Shown here in pieces: positions 10,300 to 22,327 of a stretch of 64,000 nt of DNA. The DNA lies in assembly GCA_965207575.1 (NCBI GenBank), contig OZ242288.1, forward strand, positions 466,869 to 530,868, written 5' to 3'. Source of the DNA: an uncultured Candidatus Binatia bacterium. GTDB taxonomy: Bacteria; Desulfobacterota; Binatia; Bin18. The notes below the pieces were generated by a model. It saw only the letters and a list, made by a program, of their open reading frames with translations, was not told the origin of the DNA and searched no databases. Position numbers and translations under genes: made by a program. The first letter of the stretch is position 1, and each line of letters begins with the position of its first letter.

Positions 10300-10310
10300 A
10301 TCTCATCCAT

Positions 10311-12680
10311 TTAGGATTGGAGTGTTCTTCTCGCCTTTCTCACCAGCCGAAACAATTTCTCCGGGGTCATCGGAATCTCGTTGATCTCTATACCCAGATG
10401 AGCCAGGGCGTCGGAGACCGCGTTGGCAATCGCGGCCGGCGCCCCGATGGTGCCGCCTTCTCCCATGCCGCGAAATCCTCCAAGCGTGGTCGGGGAGGGC
10501 GTTTCAATATGATGGACTTCTATGGGCAGGAGTTCGGAAGCGGTCGGGACGAGGTAGTCCATCAGCGAGCCGGTCAGCAGTTGCCCCTCGTCGTCGTACA
10601 CTACTTCTTCATACAGAGCGGCCCCAATGCCCTGGGCCACGCCGCCACGGACCTGACCGTCAACGATCAGCGGGTTAATGATCCGTCCGCAATCTTCAAC
10701 CACAATATAGCGCTTGATTGTAACCTCGTAGGTCTCGGTATCGACCTCCACGGCCGCAACGTGAGTAGCACTCGAGGCCGTCCCAAAGAACGGATCGTAG
10801 AAACGCGTGACCTCCAGCCCCGGTTCCACGTCTTTGGGTAGCCGCCGCAGACCGGCATAGGCCGTCTTTGCGACATCACGAAAAGGTAGACGGCGCGCCG
10901 GCTTTTCACGCAGGAAAACCTGGTCGTCTCGAATATCCAGATCGGCCGGATTACTCTCCACCATGTGGCCGGCAATCTTCAGTGCCTTTTCCTTGAGCGC
11001 CTGGCCCGCCCGTATGGCCGCGCCACCGGCTAGTACGGCGCTGCGGCTGGCATAGGTTCCCGTTCCTTGGGGCGCGAGCGCGGTGTCGCCGCAGATCACC
11101 CGCACGCTGTCAAAGGAAACGCCCAGCGCGTCCGCCACCACCTGGGCCAGCGCGGTCTCATGGCCCTGACCCTGAGGGGCGACGCTGAAGGTAGCGGTGA
11201 CGGTCCCGGCCGGGTCGACGCGCAGGAAGGCAGCTTCCGTTCCGGTCGCGATCGGCATGCCCGGCGAGACAGGAATAGCCGACCCCACCCCGGTCAGTTC
11301 GATATAGGTGGCAAAGCCAACACCGACCCACCGCCCCGCGGCGCGTGCCTGCGCGCGCCACTGTGCGGTCGCCCCAGCATCCAGCACGTCCCGCGCCTTC
11401 TGCATGCATTCGGTCAGGCTGGCCTGATCCCACACAAGGCCGGACGGTGTCTTGTAGGGGAATTCGTCGGCCCGGATATAGTTCTTGAGCCGCAGTTCGA
11501 CCGGGTCCAGGGCCAGCCGGCGCGCGGCCCGGTCTATCAAACTTTCCAGCACAAAGGTCGTAATCGGACGGCCCACCCCACGGTACGGTCCCATCGGTGC
11601 CTTACACGTGGCCACCCCGCGATTGTGCCCCCGATAGTGTGGCATCCGGTACGGGCCGGACAGAAAGCTGATGGTCTGGACCGGTTCAACCGTGGCCGTC
11701 CAGGGATAAATGGAGTACGCGCCAATATCCGTTGTCACGTCTGCCCTGAGACCAATAATGGTGCCGTCGGCCTGGAGGCCCAGTTCGGCATCCACGATTT
11801 CATCCCAGGCCTGTGTCGATGTCTTGAGGTCTTCTTGTCGGTCGCTGATCCATTTCACGGGCCGTTTCAGCAGTCGGGCGACCGCACACAGAACAATCTC
11901 TTCGGGATAGAGTGAAGACTTGGCCCCGAACCCACCCCCCACATCAGCGGCGACCACCCGAATGCAATGCTCGGGCATGTCCAACAGGTCGGCCAAGGCA
12001 TCCCGGAGCAGACCCGGACATTGAGTGGCGGAGCGCAGCGTCAGCTCCCCCGTGCCGGCGTGATAATCAGCCAGACAGCCGCGATTTTCCATGCACACGG
12101 TGGCGTGTCGCCGAAACCGGAACCGATCGCGTACCCGCACGGCTGCACCGGCGAGGGCCGCATCCACGTCGCCTCGGGCAAACTCGCGCGACAGGAGGAC
12201 ATTAGTCCCGGCTTCATCGTGCAGCAGGGGCGCATCCGGCTGGGCGGCGTCCGGTGCGTTGGCCACGGTCGGCAGCGGGTCGTATTCAACGCGAATCCCT
12301 TCAAGTGCGTCTTCGGCGAGATAGCGGTTTTCGGCGATAACCACGGCGAGCGCTTCCCCGACGTACCGTACCTTGTCAACGGCCAACGGTGGGAAGCTGG
12401 TCTCTTTATACTCCCGCATTTTTGAGGCGGCGCGAACCGGTTTGACCAGCGGGACAAGGTCTTTGCTGGTGAGGACGGCGACAACGCCCTCATGTGTCTG
12501 TGCTGCCGAAGTATCGAGCTGGGTGATCCGCGCGTGCGCATACGGGCTGCGCAGGAAGGCGGCATGGAGCAGACCCGGCGGGTGATGATCATCCACATAC
12601 GCGCCCTGGCCAGTCAGCAGGCGGCGGTCTTCCCGTCGCTTCACCCGCGCACCAATGAATTTGGGCGTCAGCTCTTCCAC
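10311..12680 (-). CDS. Molybdopterin-binding large subunit of a xanthine dehydrogenase/CO dehydrogenase-family hydroxylase (CoxL-like, not form I)
   Basis: 789 aa. The N-terminus reads FIGARVKRREDRRLLTGQGAYVDD. The active-site loop reads GPYRGVGR, which resembles the form-II AYRGAGR motif and lacks the Cys of the form-I VAYRCSFR motif. Confidence 0.9.
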   Translation of the reverse strand: MEELTPKFIGARVKRREDRRLLTGQGAYVDDHHPPGLLHAAFLRSPYAHARITQLDTSAAQTHEGVVAVLTSKDLVPLVKPVRAASKMREYKETSFPPLAVDKVRYVGEALAVVIAENRYLAEDALEGIRVEYDPLPTVANAPDAAQPDAPLLHDEAGTNVLLSREFARGDVDAALAGAAVRVRDRFRFRRHATVCMENRGCLADYHAGTGELTLRSATQCPGLLRDALADLLDMPEHCIRVVAADVGGGFGAKSSLYPEEIVLCAVARLLKRPVKWISDRQEDLKTSTQAWDEIVDAELGLQADGTIIGLRADVTTDIGAYSIYPWTATVEPVQTISFLSGPYRMPHYRGHNRGVATCKAPMGPYRGVGRPITTFVLESLIDRAARRLALDPVELRLKNYIRADEFPYKTPSGLVWDQASLTECMQKARDVLDAGATAQWRAQARAAGRWVGVGFATYIELTGVGSAIPVSPGMPIATGTEAAFLRVDPAGTVTATFSVAPQGQGHETALAQVVADALGVSFDSVRVICGDTALAPQGTGTYASRSAVLAGGAAIRAGQALKEKALKIAGHMVESNPADLDIRDDQVFLREKPARRLPFRDVAKTAYAGLRRLPKDVEPGLEVTRFYDPFFGTASSATHVAAVEVDTETYEVTIKRYIVVEDCGRIINPLIVDGQVRGGVAQGIGAALYEEVVYDDEGQLLTGSLMDYLVPTASELLPIEVHHIETPSPTTLGGFRGMGEGGTIGAPAAIANAVSDALAHLGIEINEIPMTPEKLFRLVRKARRTLQS

Positions 12681-12842
12681 GCTACTTCCTCAACTCGATG
12701 CATCGTATGGTAGCCATAGGAACACCTGCCCCGCCGCTACGCGGTCCCCCTCTCCTCGGACGTGTGATGCAAACGAGGCGGCCGCGAACACAGTCCTATC
12801 GGCACGCTCGGTCTCTTCCATGGTGAGCAGGCCGGGCTTGCC

Positions 12843-13451
12843 TCAGTAGAGACGCTCTCGGTTGGTTTCTTCCTCGGATTGATCAATCTCCCTGGCGTCT
12901 GCCCCCTTGATCTGGTCAGCAAGGACCTGACCGTACGTAGGGTAGCTGGAGCGCTCAATCTGTACCTCGGGGTCCCAGAGCCGGGAGCGGAGCAGCGCCC
13001 GACCGCAATGGAGGAAGGCTTCTTCCACGGTAATCTGTAGCCCGGAGAGCGGGGCTCTCCGCTTCACGGTCAGGGGCTCAAGCAGCTTGGTGTCGGTGAC
13101 GACCTCCGCCTTGCCTTTCACCCGCAACGTCTCGTTCATACCCGGCACAAAGAACAACAGCCCAACACAAGGATTATCCACGATGTTCTGGAGCGAGTCC
13201 ACCTGATTGTTGCCGGGGCGATCTGGCAACAGGAGCGTCTTCTCGTCCAGTACCTTGACAAACCCTGGCGGGTCCCCTCGGGGCGAGGCGTCGGCGCGCC
13301 CATCCGCATCCGCAGAGCTGAGAATACAGAGGGGGGACAGGGCAATGAATTTCCGGCAGTGCCCGTCTAAGTGGTCAAGCACCTTTTGGGTCGCCCGCGC
13401 GGCCGGCTCACGGTACACGGTGCGGAGTTCTGTGTGATTGGTCACGTTCAT
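12843..13451 (-). CDS. Pyridoxamine 5'-phosphate oxidase (PPOX)-type FMN-binding family protein
   Basis: Contains ADASPRGDPPGFVKVLD ... LLLPDRPGNN ... NPCVGLLFFVPG ... ETLRVKGKA, typical of split-barrel flavoproteins. Confidence 0.75.
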   Translation of the reverse strand: MNVTNHTELRTVYREPAARATQKVLDHLDGHCRKFIALSPLCILSSADADGRADASPRGDPPGFVKVLDEKTLLLPDRPGNNQVDSLQNIVDNPCVGLLFFVPGMNETLRVKGKAEVVTDTKLLEPLTVKRRAPLSGLQITVEEAFLHCGRALLRSRLWDPEVQIERSSYPTYGQVLADQIKGADAREIDQSEEETNRERLY

Positions 13452-13574
13452 CGGAGACGCTCTTTCGTGTGTACGTCAGGCTAAGTATAGTGAACTTCTA
13501 CCTGGCGTTTCAACCCTGCGAGGGAGAAAGTCGGGCCACAGGGCACATGATCTTCTGCCTCACCCGCGTCGGGG

Positions 13575-13690
13575 CTACTCGGCCCCGACCGTCACCCGCC
13601 GTCCGGTGAAGATTGAGTCAAACTCCACCGCCGGCACCGCCTCCGGGTCCAGCGGGTCTTGACCGAGTGGAAGAATCTGATAGGAGGCCC
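13575..13690 (-). pseudogene. C-terminal fragment of a paralogue of the 18784..19440 secreted protein
   Basis: The minus strand reads ...YQILPLGQDPLDPEAVPAVEFDSIFTGRRVTVGAE*. A 32-bp stretch (13630-13661) is identical to 18839-18870. There is no start codon, and the fragment overlaps the RBS of the next gene. Confidence 0.45.
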
Positions 13691-13696
13691 CCGAGC

Positions 13697-13981
13697 ATGA
13701 GTGCCCTCGCGTTTGATACCCATAAAGCCGTCACCGCCCTCAAGCAGGCCGGCTTTGAGGAGACCCAGGCCGAGGCCGTCGTCACCACCATGGGCGAGGC
13801 CCTGGGCGGGAATGTCGCGACCAAAGCGGACTTGGCGGCCGTCCAGGCGAAGCTGGAGACCGATATTGCCACCGTACGAACCGAGATGGCCCAGGAGTTC
13901 AAAGTCCTCTACAAACAGCTCTGGCTCATGGCCGTGGGTATTGTCGGCCTGACCGTCACCCTGGTCAAACTCATTCCGTAG
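13697..13981 (+). CDS. DUF1640-like small coiled-coil protein with a C-terminal TM helix
   Basis: AGGAGG lies 8 nt upstream of the ATG at 13697. The reading is MSALAFDTHKAVTALKQAGFEETQAEAVV ... LWLMAVGIVGLTVTLVKLI. The upstream part of the track ORF is Pro/Arg-rich junk. Confidence 0.6.
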   Translation: MSALAFDTHKAVTALKQAGFEETQAEAVVTTMGEALGGNVATKADLAAVQAKLETDIATVRTEMAQEFKVLYKQLWLMAVGIVGLTVTLVKLIP

Positions 13982-14033
13982 GAGCGGGAACGGATGCGAG
14001 CAGCACAGAAACGGGGCGGGGAGCGCTACTGAA

Positions 14034-14864
14034 ATGAACAGATCAATTTCGATGTTTCTTATCCTTCGTCTCGGTCTTGTTGTCGGTCTCCTAGTTCCGT
14101 CCCTAGCTCACCCAGCGGTCCTGGAGAATCCGGGTCATGGAGGATCGTATTCCGGCATCGGGGTGGTCTCCGGTTGGAAGTGTGAGGCGGAGGGCGACCT
14201 GACCGTCGTCTTCAACGGTGATGGAAAACATATCCCCCTGCTATACGGCAGCGAACGGACCGATGTCCGGGACGCGGGGGCCTGTCGTGAGGCAAACGTC
14301 GGCTTTGTCACGATCTGGAACTGGGCCAACCTCGGCGAAGGGTCCCACACGGCGGTGGCCTATGACAACGGAAAGGAGTTTGCGCGGAGCACGTTTACCG
14401 TGGCGACCCTGGGAGAAGCGTTTGTGGAGGGGGCGAGCGGGGAGTGTACCATCGAGGATTTTCCCTCAACAGGGGAGACGGCGACGTTTGCCTGGAATCA
14501 GAATACCCAACATCTGGAGTTGGTGCCGGGCGAGCGGCCATCCGGCTTCGCCCCGGCAGACCAAGCAGCATTGGAGCGTCTGGTGGGCGGCAAGCGGGTC
14601 GTGAGTGTAGACGATCCCCGATACTATACCGATCTTCCCTCTGCTGGGCGCTTCGTGGAGGTGGAGCCGGGTGAGCGGTATTCAGGGACGTATCACTGGC
14701 GCAAGACGGGACCCAATACCGGCACGGTGACGCAGCACTATGATGACGGGAACATGTGTACGGCTCAATTCACCTTCACCTCAGCGACGACAGGACGCAC
14801 CCGCTATATCTGTGATGACGGAGATCACGGGGAAGGCAATTGGCAACTGATTGATATCCCATAG
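14034..14864 (+). CDS. Secreted protein; signal peptide plus unassigned LENP/SGWxCEA module plus C-terminal domain
   Basis: The signal peptide reads MFLILRLGLVVGLLVPSLAHPA. The module spans about 14115-14530 (see findings). Confidence 0.7.
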   Translation: MNRSISMFLILRLGLVVGLLVPSLAHPAVLENPGHGGSYSGIGVVSGWKCEAEGDLTVVFNGDGKHIPLLYGSERTDVRDAGACREANVGFVTIWNWANLGEGSHTAVAYDNGKEFARSTFTVATLGEAFVEGASGECTIEDFPSTGETATFAWNQNTQHLELVPGERPSGFAPADQAALERLVGGKRVVSVDDPRYYTDLPSAGRFVEVEPGERYSGTYHWRKTGPNTGTVTQHYDDGNMCTAQFTFTSATTGRTRYICDDGDHGEGNWQLIDIP

Positions 14865-15198
14865 AACGGCGGTGGGGGAGAGGTTCAGCATGACGGGCAA
14901 TGACGAGGCCACCCGGATAGGGGTTCCCCTTGTTGTCGTAGTCATTGAGGTATTTTCTCAAAGGAACGGTACGAACACCTTGCGACTCGACACTCTCCAA
15001 AACCATGACCCGATCAATTTTGTCCAGCCGCATCACGAACCCCACGTGGCTCCAGATGCTTTCTGTGGCCCACTGGATCAGACGAGAAAACCAACTGGAG
15101 CCAGCGCAGAGCAGCAGATCACCATTTTTAATCTGGCCCCGGTACTCCGAATAATTGGAGACGGAATTTGTGGGGAAGTTGTTCACATCTATACGCAT
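14776..15198 (-). pseudogene. Truncated YiiX/permuted-papain (C92)-like gene
   Basis: The first ~105 aa (GDLLLCAGSSWFSRLIQWATESIWSHVGFV ... GGLVIARH) look like the YiiX family. The last ~30 codons overlap the 3' end of 14034..14864 and read as junk. The Cys-bearing C-terminal half is missing. Confidence 0.45.
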
Positions 15199-15440
15199 GA
15201 CTCCTCGTCCATACGCTTTGCCCGGCGTTTCTATAGAACAGGCTAAGCAATGCTGGAGCCAAACACAAGGAAGCCAGGATACAGAGAAGCGGGGAAAAAA
15301 GTAAGTAGCAAAGGGAAGGGTCAGGTTGAAAAAGGGAGGGGGGAATTCTGGAAACTTCTTAACCTCGGAATCATTACCGACGCCAAAATCAGCCGGTCAT
15401 TGAGTCGCTCATTTCCAAGTACTTTATCCAGCGTGGTGTT

Positions 15441-15857
15441 ATGTGGGCGGACTTCAGGCGCGAGAGGGTCAAGCACTGCATCAGAAGTCTCCGCGACCTT
15501 CAGAAACTGTCTGAAACACAAGCGTCAGCATTTACAGAGACGAAGAAGCCCCAAGAAGACCAAATCGTCTCGTCTATACGACAGGCATGGGCGAACGAAT
15601 GCGATGAAGCAGCGAAGCGTCTGGAATCAGCAATTGAAGACGAGCGCGACCCTATAAATACAGGAATGGACATGAGCGCGCAGGAATCCATACCACCTGT
15701 GCTCAGTAAATTTCGTAAAGCGACGTATCCGTTCGTCCAAATGTTCATTGGTCTGCTGCCAAATACCAGCCCCGTAAAGGCTCAAGCTGCTGAACGTCTG
15801 CGGCGTGGCAAGGATATCGATGATTTGCCCTCGCCAGATATTGAAATAGAACCTTAA
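15441..15857 (+). CDS. Hypothetical protein (possibly 5'-truncated)
   Basis: The frame is open and protein-like from 15363 (NQPVIESLISKYFIQRGV precedes the first ATG). I recognised no family. Confidence 0.3.
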   Translation: MWADFRRERVKHCIRSLRDLQKLSETQASAFTETKKPQEDQIVSSIRQAWANECDEAAKRLESAIEDERDPINTGMDMSAQESIPPVLSKFRKATYPFVQMFIGLLPNTSPVKAQAAERLRRGKDIDDLPSPDIEIEP

Positions 15858-16280
15858 CAGAATGGATCTTATCAGACACAAATCGGGGGAAAATGAAACA
15901 GGCGCGTAAAGGGAAATGGCCCGTTTTGGCGAATGTTCGGCAAAAAACCCAGCTTGCCAAAAATAATTAGGTGGAGGATCGCCGATGGCCGAGGATCTCG
16001 GGCAGGTCGGGGCCGACCGCGCGCCGCGGCGCGCGGCTGGGCCGGGGCACTGCCTAACATTATTCGGCGGGTAGGGCCGGATGGCCAAACAAAGGGAAGT
16101 GATTAGCTCGTGGTGTTGATTTGCGCTTGGACGGCGTCCAACCGGCCTGCTATCTTGCCGATCTCCCGATTGAGAGTAATGAACTGCGAGTCAATGCGCT
16201 CAAATTTCCGGTCCAAATAAACGTGAGTTCGGGTTAAGCGAGGGGCAAGGTAGGCCAAGCACGGAGGGGGAGGGCGAGCG

Positions 16281-18656
<2,376 letters not shown>

Positions 18657-18783
18657 GGGAAAAAGGGGGGTGGTTTCGACCACGCTGAAACTCCACGGCG
18701 GATCATCCGCCATAAAGAGGGCGGGATACGTGTCATACAGGAACGCCACATACTCGACCGTCATCAAAGGGGCGGCGGCCGGA

Positions 18784-19440
18784 TTATCGTCTCGGCCCCG
18801 GCCATTCGAGCAGAACGACTTCTTCCCGAAGCTGCTCGGCCGGCACCGCCTCCGGGTCCAGCGGGTCTTGGTCGAGCGGAAAGACCCGTCCCCGCTGCGT
18901 GCCGGTGACGGACTGCAAGTCTTTGCTGAACCGTACCACATAGCGCACCCGCGCGATGTCCGTATGCACCCCGGTCACAGTGTCCAGATTGAAATCCAGC
19001 ACCTTCGCCGTAATCTCCCGCCAACCCGACCGCGCCCACACCCCGTGTTGGTCGCTGAAACGGGCCGGGTTGAAAAGAGTAGAGGGGTCGAAGGCGTCGC
19101 CATCCTCAAAGGGAACCGGGTCGCCGGAGAGAAAGGGATCGACCTCAAAGTCCTCGGTGAGAAACGGGACGCCAGGGAAATTGAAGAGGGCGTCCTGATT
19201 GGAATGGGTGCTACTCCAGTTCCCCCCGGCGGTTAAGGAAATCAAGCGGTAGGACCCCGGCGTGCCTTCGTCCGTGTGATGCCGGATCAGGTAGACACCC
19301 GCAATCCCTTGGGCAAAATTGCCCTCATCCGCCCGTTCCCGCCAGCTTTCCAGCCCAATCGCGTCATCCGCGAAGACGGGCGGGGCGAGTCCCCCTAAGA
19401 GAAGCAGACTCAGGGCGAATATACCGATTCTTCGTTGCAC
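18784..19440 (-). CDS. Secreted hypothetical protein with a chimeric C-terminal tail
   Basis: The signal peptide reads MQRRIGIFALSLLLLGGLAPPVFA. The last 15 codons (EQLREEVVLLEWPG...) are a near-copy of the methyltransferase 3' end at 23299-23340. Confidence 0.6.
   Translation of the reverse strand: MQRRIGIFALSLLLLGGLAPPVFADDAIGLESWRERADEGNFAQGIAGVYLIRHHTDEGTPGSYRLISLTAGGNWSSTHSNQDALFNFPGVPFLTEDFEVDPFLSGDPVPFEDGDAFDPSTLFNPARFSDQHGVWARSGWREITAKVLDFNLDTVTGVHTDIARVRYVVRFSKDLQSVTGTQRGRVFPLDQDPLDPEAVPAEQLREEVVLLEWPGPRR
18797..18882. repeat. Composite repeat: 18797-18838 matches 23299-23340 (42 bp, 1 mismatch); 18839-18870 is identical to 13630-13661
   Basis: Direct comparison of the three loci. 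The junction lies at GCCGGC. Confidence 0.85.
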
Positions 19441-19555
19441 AGCCGCACTCCTTTCTTTTCTTGCCCCAAGCAGCGGGTACTATCCAAAGGAGGACAAAAA
19501 TTTTGGTGATTATATATTTTACGAAGACGTTTAGGGGTCGTAACATGACGCAATT

Positions 19556-20059
19556 ATGCAGAAGCTCGGTCAGGGCATTTGCTTATTCTTCATCGGGTTG
19601 TTTACAGGCCTCCTGGTTGAGGCGTTCATTCCACCGTCACGGGAGTCTGTCGGTATGTTAGTGCTCGGGTTACTCTTCTTCATTACTCTGTTCCTGCTTA
19701 TCAGCCATCGCGAGTTGCGGGAAGTTGCACGAGATGTCAGATACCGTCTGCGATACAGACAGTGGAAGTGTCGGCGCCGGTTTTACGCCCTGAAAGTGAT
19801 CTCTGATCCGACGGTCGAAGGATTCCAGGCCGCAGATATGGATGACAAGGGATTGTACGATGTCGTTTGCCGTCCGAGTTCCTCAGACTATCACCGCCCT
19901 GCCGTGCGTAAGGGGGATATGGTCGTGGTAATTGGAACCGAAGAGCGGGTGATGTTTGGCTATCATAATCGCCTACTGGATTGTGTGCTGAAACGTGATC
20001 CCGCCTGGCCAAAGGCCAAAGACTTGCGGCAGATCGGGGTTGACGGCCTGCTTCCTTAA
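19556..20059 (+). CDS. Hypothetical membrane protein (2 predicted TM helices plus a soluble C-terminal domain)
   Basis: Hydrophobic stretches ICLFFIGLFTGLLVEAFI and MLVLGLLFFITLFLLI. I recognised no family. Confidence 0.45.
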   Translation: MQKLGQGICLFFIGLFTGLLVEAFIPPSRESVGMLVLGLLFFITLFLLISHRELREVARDVRYRLRYRQWKCRRRFYALKVISDPTVEGFQAADMDDKGLYDVVCRPSSSDYHRPAVRKGDMVVVIGTEERVMFGYHNRLLDCVLKRDPAWPKAKDLRQIGVDGLLP

Positions 20060-20158
20060 CCACCCCTCAATCCAAAAGATTTCTTCCCGAAGAGTTGACG
20101 TTTTTTCTCGTCCATTCTAGGTTCGATTCTGCTTTGTCTGGCGAAAGAGGGTATTTGT

Positions 20159-20707
20159 ATGGGGTGGAAGAAGAAACAACAGGGGAAGATTATGAAGGCG
20201 CTCTCGGCCCAAGCCGAAGCACGGGCAGCCTTAGCAGCATTGCCGGATGACACACCCCCCGCCACACGGGAATTTTTTACAACTATCGTGGCCGATGCCG
20301 ATGCTGCGGTTAAGAAAGAAAATGATCGCCTTGCCTTCCTAGAAAGCAGAGGAAAATACAATGGAGGAACCGCTCCTCGTCTCTTGGGTGTCTTCCTTCT
20401 CGTCGTTCTGGGCGGATGGTGGATGCTCAGCAGTTCCACGCCTGGGCCGTCTTCCCCATCTCGTGATCATTCTCCTTCAGTCTCATTGACCTTCTATCCG
20501 CGAGAGCAGAGTGCCTTTTCCCTCGGAGCCGGGGCGAATATTGCCTGCCAAAAGAAGGGTTATATCGGGGCAATCATTGAGGATTTTGTATGCGTTCCAG
20601 ACGCCTTGGGTGACTGTGCGAAAGCAGAAGTGACAATTGTCTGTACGCGCTCCAGACAGGAACAGGAAGAGAACCGGCGAATACTCGCAGAACTGAGCCG
20701 TCAATAG
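20159..20707 (+). CDS. Hypothetical protein with one TM helix
   Basis: Contains LLGVFLLVVLGGWWML, then a Cys-containing C-terminal region. I recognised no family. Confidence 0.4.
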   Translation: MGWKKKQQGKIMKALSAQAEARAALAALPDDTPPATREFFTTIVADADAAVKKENDRLAFLESRGKYNGGTAPRLLGVFLLVVLGGWWMLSSSTPGPSSPSRDHSPSVSLTFYPREQSAFSLGAGANIACQKKGYIGAIIEDFVCVPDALGDCAKAEVTIVCTRSRQEQEENRRILAELSRQ

Positions 20708-21094
20708 ACAAATCTACTCTAGGCCACCAGCTTCTTGTACTCCAGCGGCTTGGTCTGCACGACCCGGCGGAGCGTATCCAGGAAGATATGCGGGTTATTG
20801 CGGTTGTTGAACCGACCCATTAACGAAACGAGGTTCATGCTCATGGCTCACCCCCCAGCGAGAAGACGGAATACCTCCCCCACGATCTCACCACCCTCTC
20901 CGACCATGACTTGATGGAGATGATTGTGGGGAAACCGGCAATGGAAGAAATCGACCGTCTGTTGGATGAAGAGAAAGTCCCTGAATAATCGAGGCGTTCC
21001 GAAGTCATGCTAGGAGTGTAGCACTCCTAGCTCACTTCGTTAGGTACATAATCACCAAAATTTTCTCCTCAAATCGACTCTCGCTGCACGAGGC

Positions 21095-22327
21095 TTATCT
21101 CGGGCAGATAGGAGTAATATCTTCGCCCCGCACGACGGTGTGAATGTTTTGCAGCAGGGTGGTCAGGGTCTCAAGCACACGCGTCGGGAGGGTGATGGCC
21201 GCGCCCGTCCCGTTATCGTACGCTTTGACCTCTGTGATCCCTCCAATGAACCCACTGGCAAACAGGAGCCGCAAATTGAACAGAATGTCGCGCTGCTTCC
21301 CCTCGTCGTAATAGCTGGCCACCAACTCGAAGCTGTCACGCTTGATCGTGATATCTCCTATTCGGTGCACATAATACAGATAAAAGTAGAGGGATTCGTG
21401 AAGAGGGAGGTGCAGGATCACGTCCCAGCGCGGCAGCCCGTCCTCAACGATATTGCCATCGCGGTCGTAGTCAGCATAGGTGGAATAGAAAATCTCCAGC
21501 GTCAGCTTTTGGCGGAGGTCTGCACTGAAACCGCTTTTCGATTGACACGTCTCCGCATCATAGAAAAGCGCAAACCCGCTCACGCAACGCACCTTTTTCA
21601 CGGCGAATCCGGAGAAAGGGTCAGCATTGAAGTAGGCGAGCGCGTGGTCAGAGTTGACAGCATAGGAGAGAATATCCTCTTCCTCAATCATCGCGAATTC
21701 CCGGCTATATGTTAGCCTATCCACCTCGCCATACACGCGACACCCGTTCGCCGCGTCGTGGAGCACGGCATGGAGAGCGTCGGGTTCCTTGGGCCAGAAC
21801 GGACCGTACAGGCCCGGCGACACACTGAAGGACTCTCCTTCTCGCTCTTGATAGCCGATGATCGTAAAGCCCTGCGTCGTTTCCTCCCACTGAATCGCGG
21901 CGATGAGTCCATTCGAGAGGAGGGCCTGCCCCCCACCATGGACTCCTCGGAGAAAGTTGGTGCCTGGGGTTTGCACATTAAAAGTCACTTGGGTGACAAT
22001 CTCCCCATCGGCATAGAGCGTCATGGTATGTAGGCCGTCACCCAATTCATTGTAGTTTGTGAGCAACCCAAAGCCATTATCGGTATCCCCGCAGATGCTG
22101 GCGGTGTCGGTACGGTCCGAGCCATAGGGAACAAACAGTCGGGCGCCGCCATCGAGGCTGACCTCTAAGCGGTCGGCCTCACATATCCAGCCGGAGATCA
22201 GGCCGACCCCGCTCTTGAGGGCGCCGGAGGTCGGGTTCTCTAGCGTGGCCGCCGCCCAAACCGTCGAATGCAGGAAGGCCACACTCAGGATGGCTGCACG
22301 AAAATTGACGTGCTTGAATAGTCTCAT
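21095..22327 (-). CDS. Secreted protein; signal peptide plus LENP/SGWxCEA module plus a ~250-aa unknown C-terminal region
   Basis: The signal peptide reads AAILSVAFLHSTVWAA. The module spans about 21835-22252 on the minus strand. Confidence 0.7.
   Translation of the reverse strand: MRLFKHVNFRAAILSVAFLHSTVWAAATLENPTSGALKSGVGLISGWICEADRLEVSLDGGARLFVPYGSDRTDTASICGDTDNGFGLLTNYNELGDGLHTMTLYADGEIVTQVTFNVQTPGTNFLRGVHGGGQALLSNGLIAAIQWEETTQGFTIIGYQEREGESFSVSPGLYGPFWPKEPDALHAVLHDAANGCRVYGEVDRLTYSREFAMIEEEDILSYAVNSDHALAYFNADPFSGFAVKKVRCVSGFALFYDAETCQSKSGFSADLRQKLTLEIFYSTYADYDRDGNIVEDGLPRWDVILHLPLHESLYFYLYYVHRIGDITIKRDSFELVASYYDEGKQRDILFNLRLLFASGFIGGITEVKAYDNGTGAAITLPTRVLETLTTLLQNIHTVVRGEDITPICPR

Noticed and set aside
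11067-12598. Several 90-280-aa ORFs inside the coxL-like gene on either strand
   Set aside because: They are alternative-frame or antisense artefacts within a well-supported 789-aa gene.
16017-16036. Perfect 20-bp GC palindrome CCGCGCGCCGCGGCGCGCGG
   Set aside because: It is short and pure GC, with no T-run, no partner copies and no adjacent gene end. Such palindromes arise easily in GC-rich DNA.
20120-20129. GGTTCGATTC, a tRNA T-loop-like word that might mark a tRNA or att site
   Set aside because: The flanking bases cannot form a T-stem, an acceptor stem or an anticodon arm. No tRNA-like cloverleaf can be drawn.
20719-20844. 41-aa minus-strand ORF MSMNLVSLMGRFNNRNNPHIFLDTLRRVVQTKPLEYKKLVA
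   Set aside because: It may be the tail of a lost gene (transposase- or integrase-like wording), but it is too short and has no recognisable motif. It is not reported as a feature.
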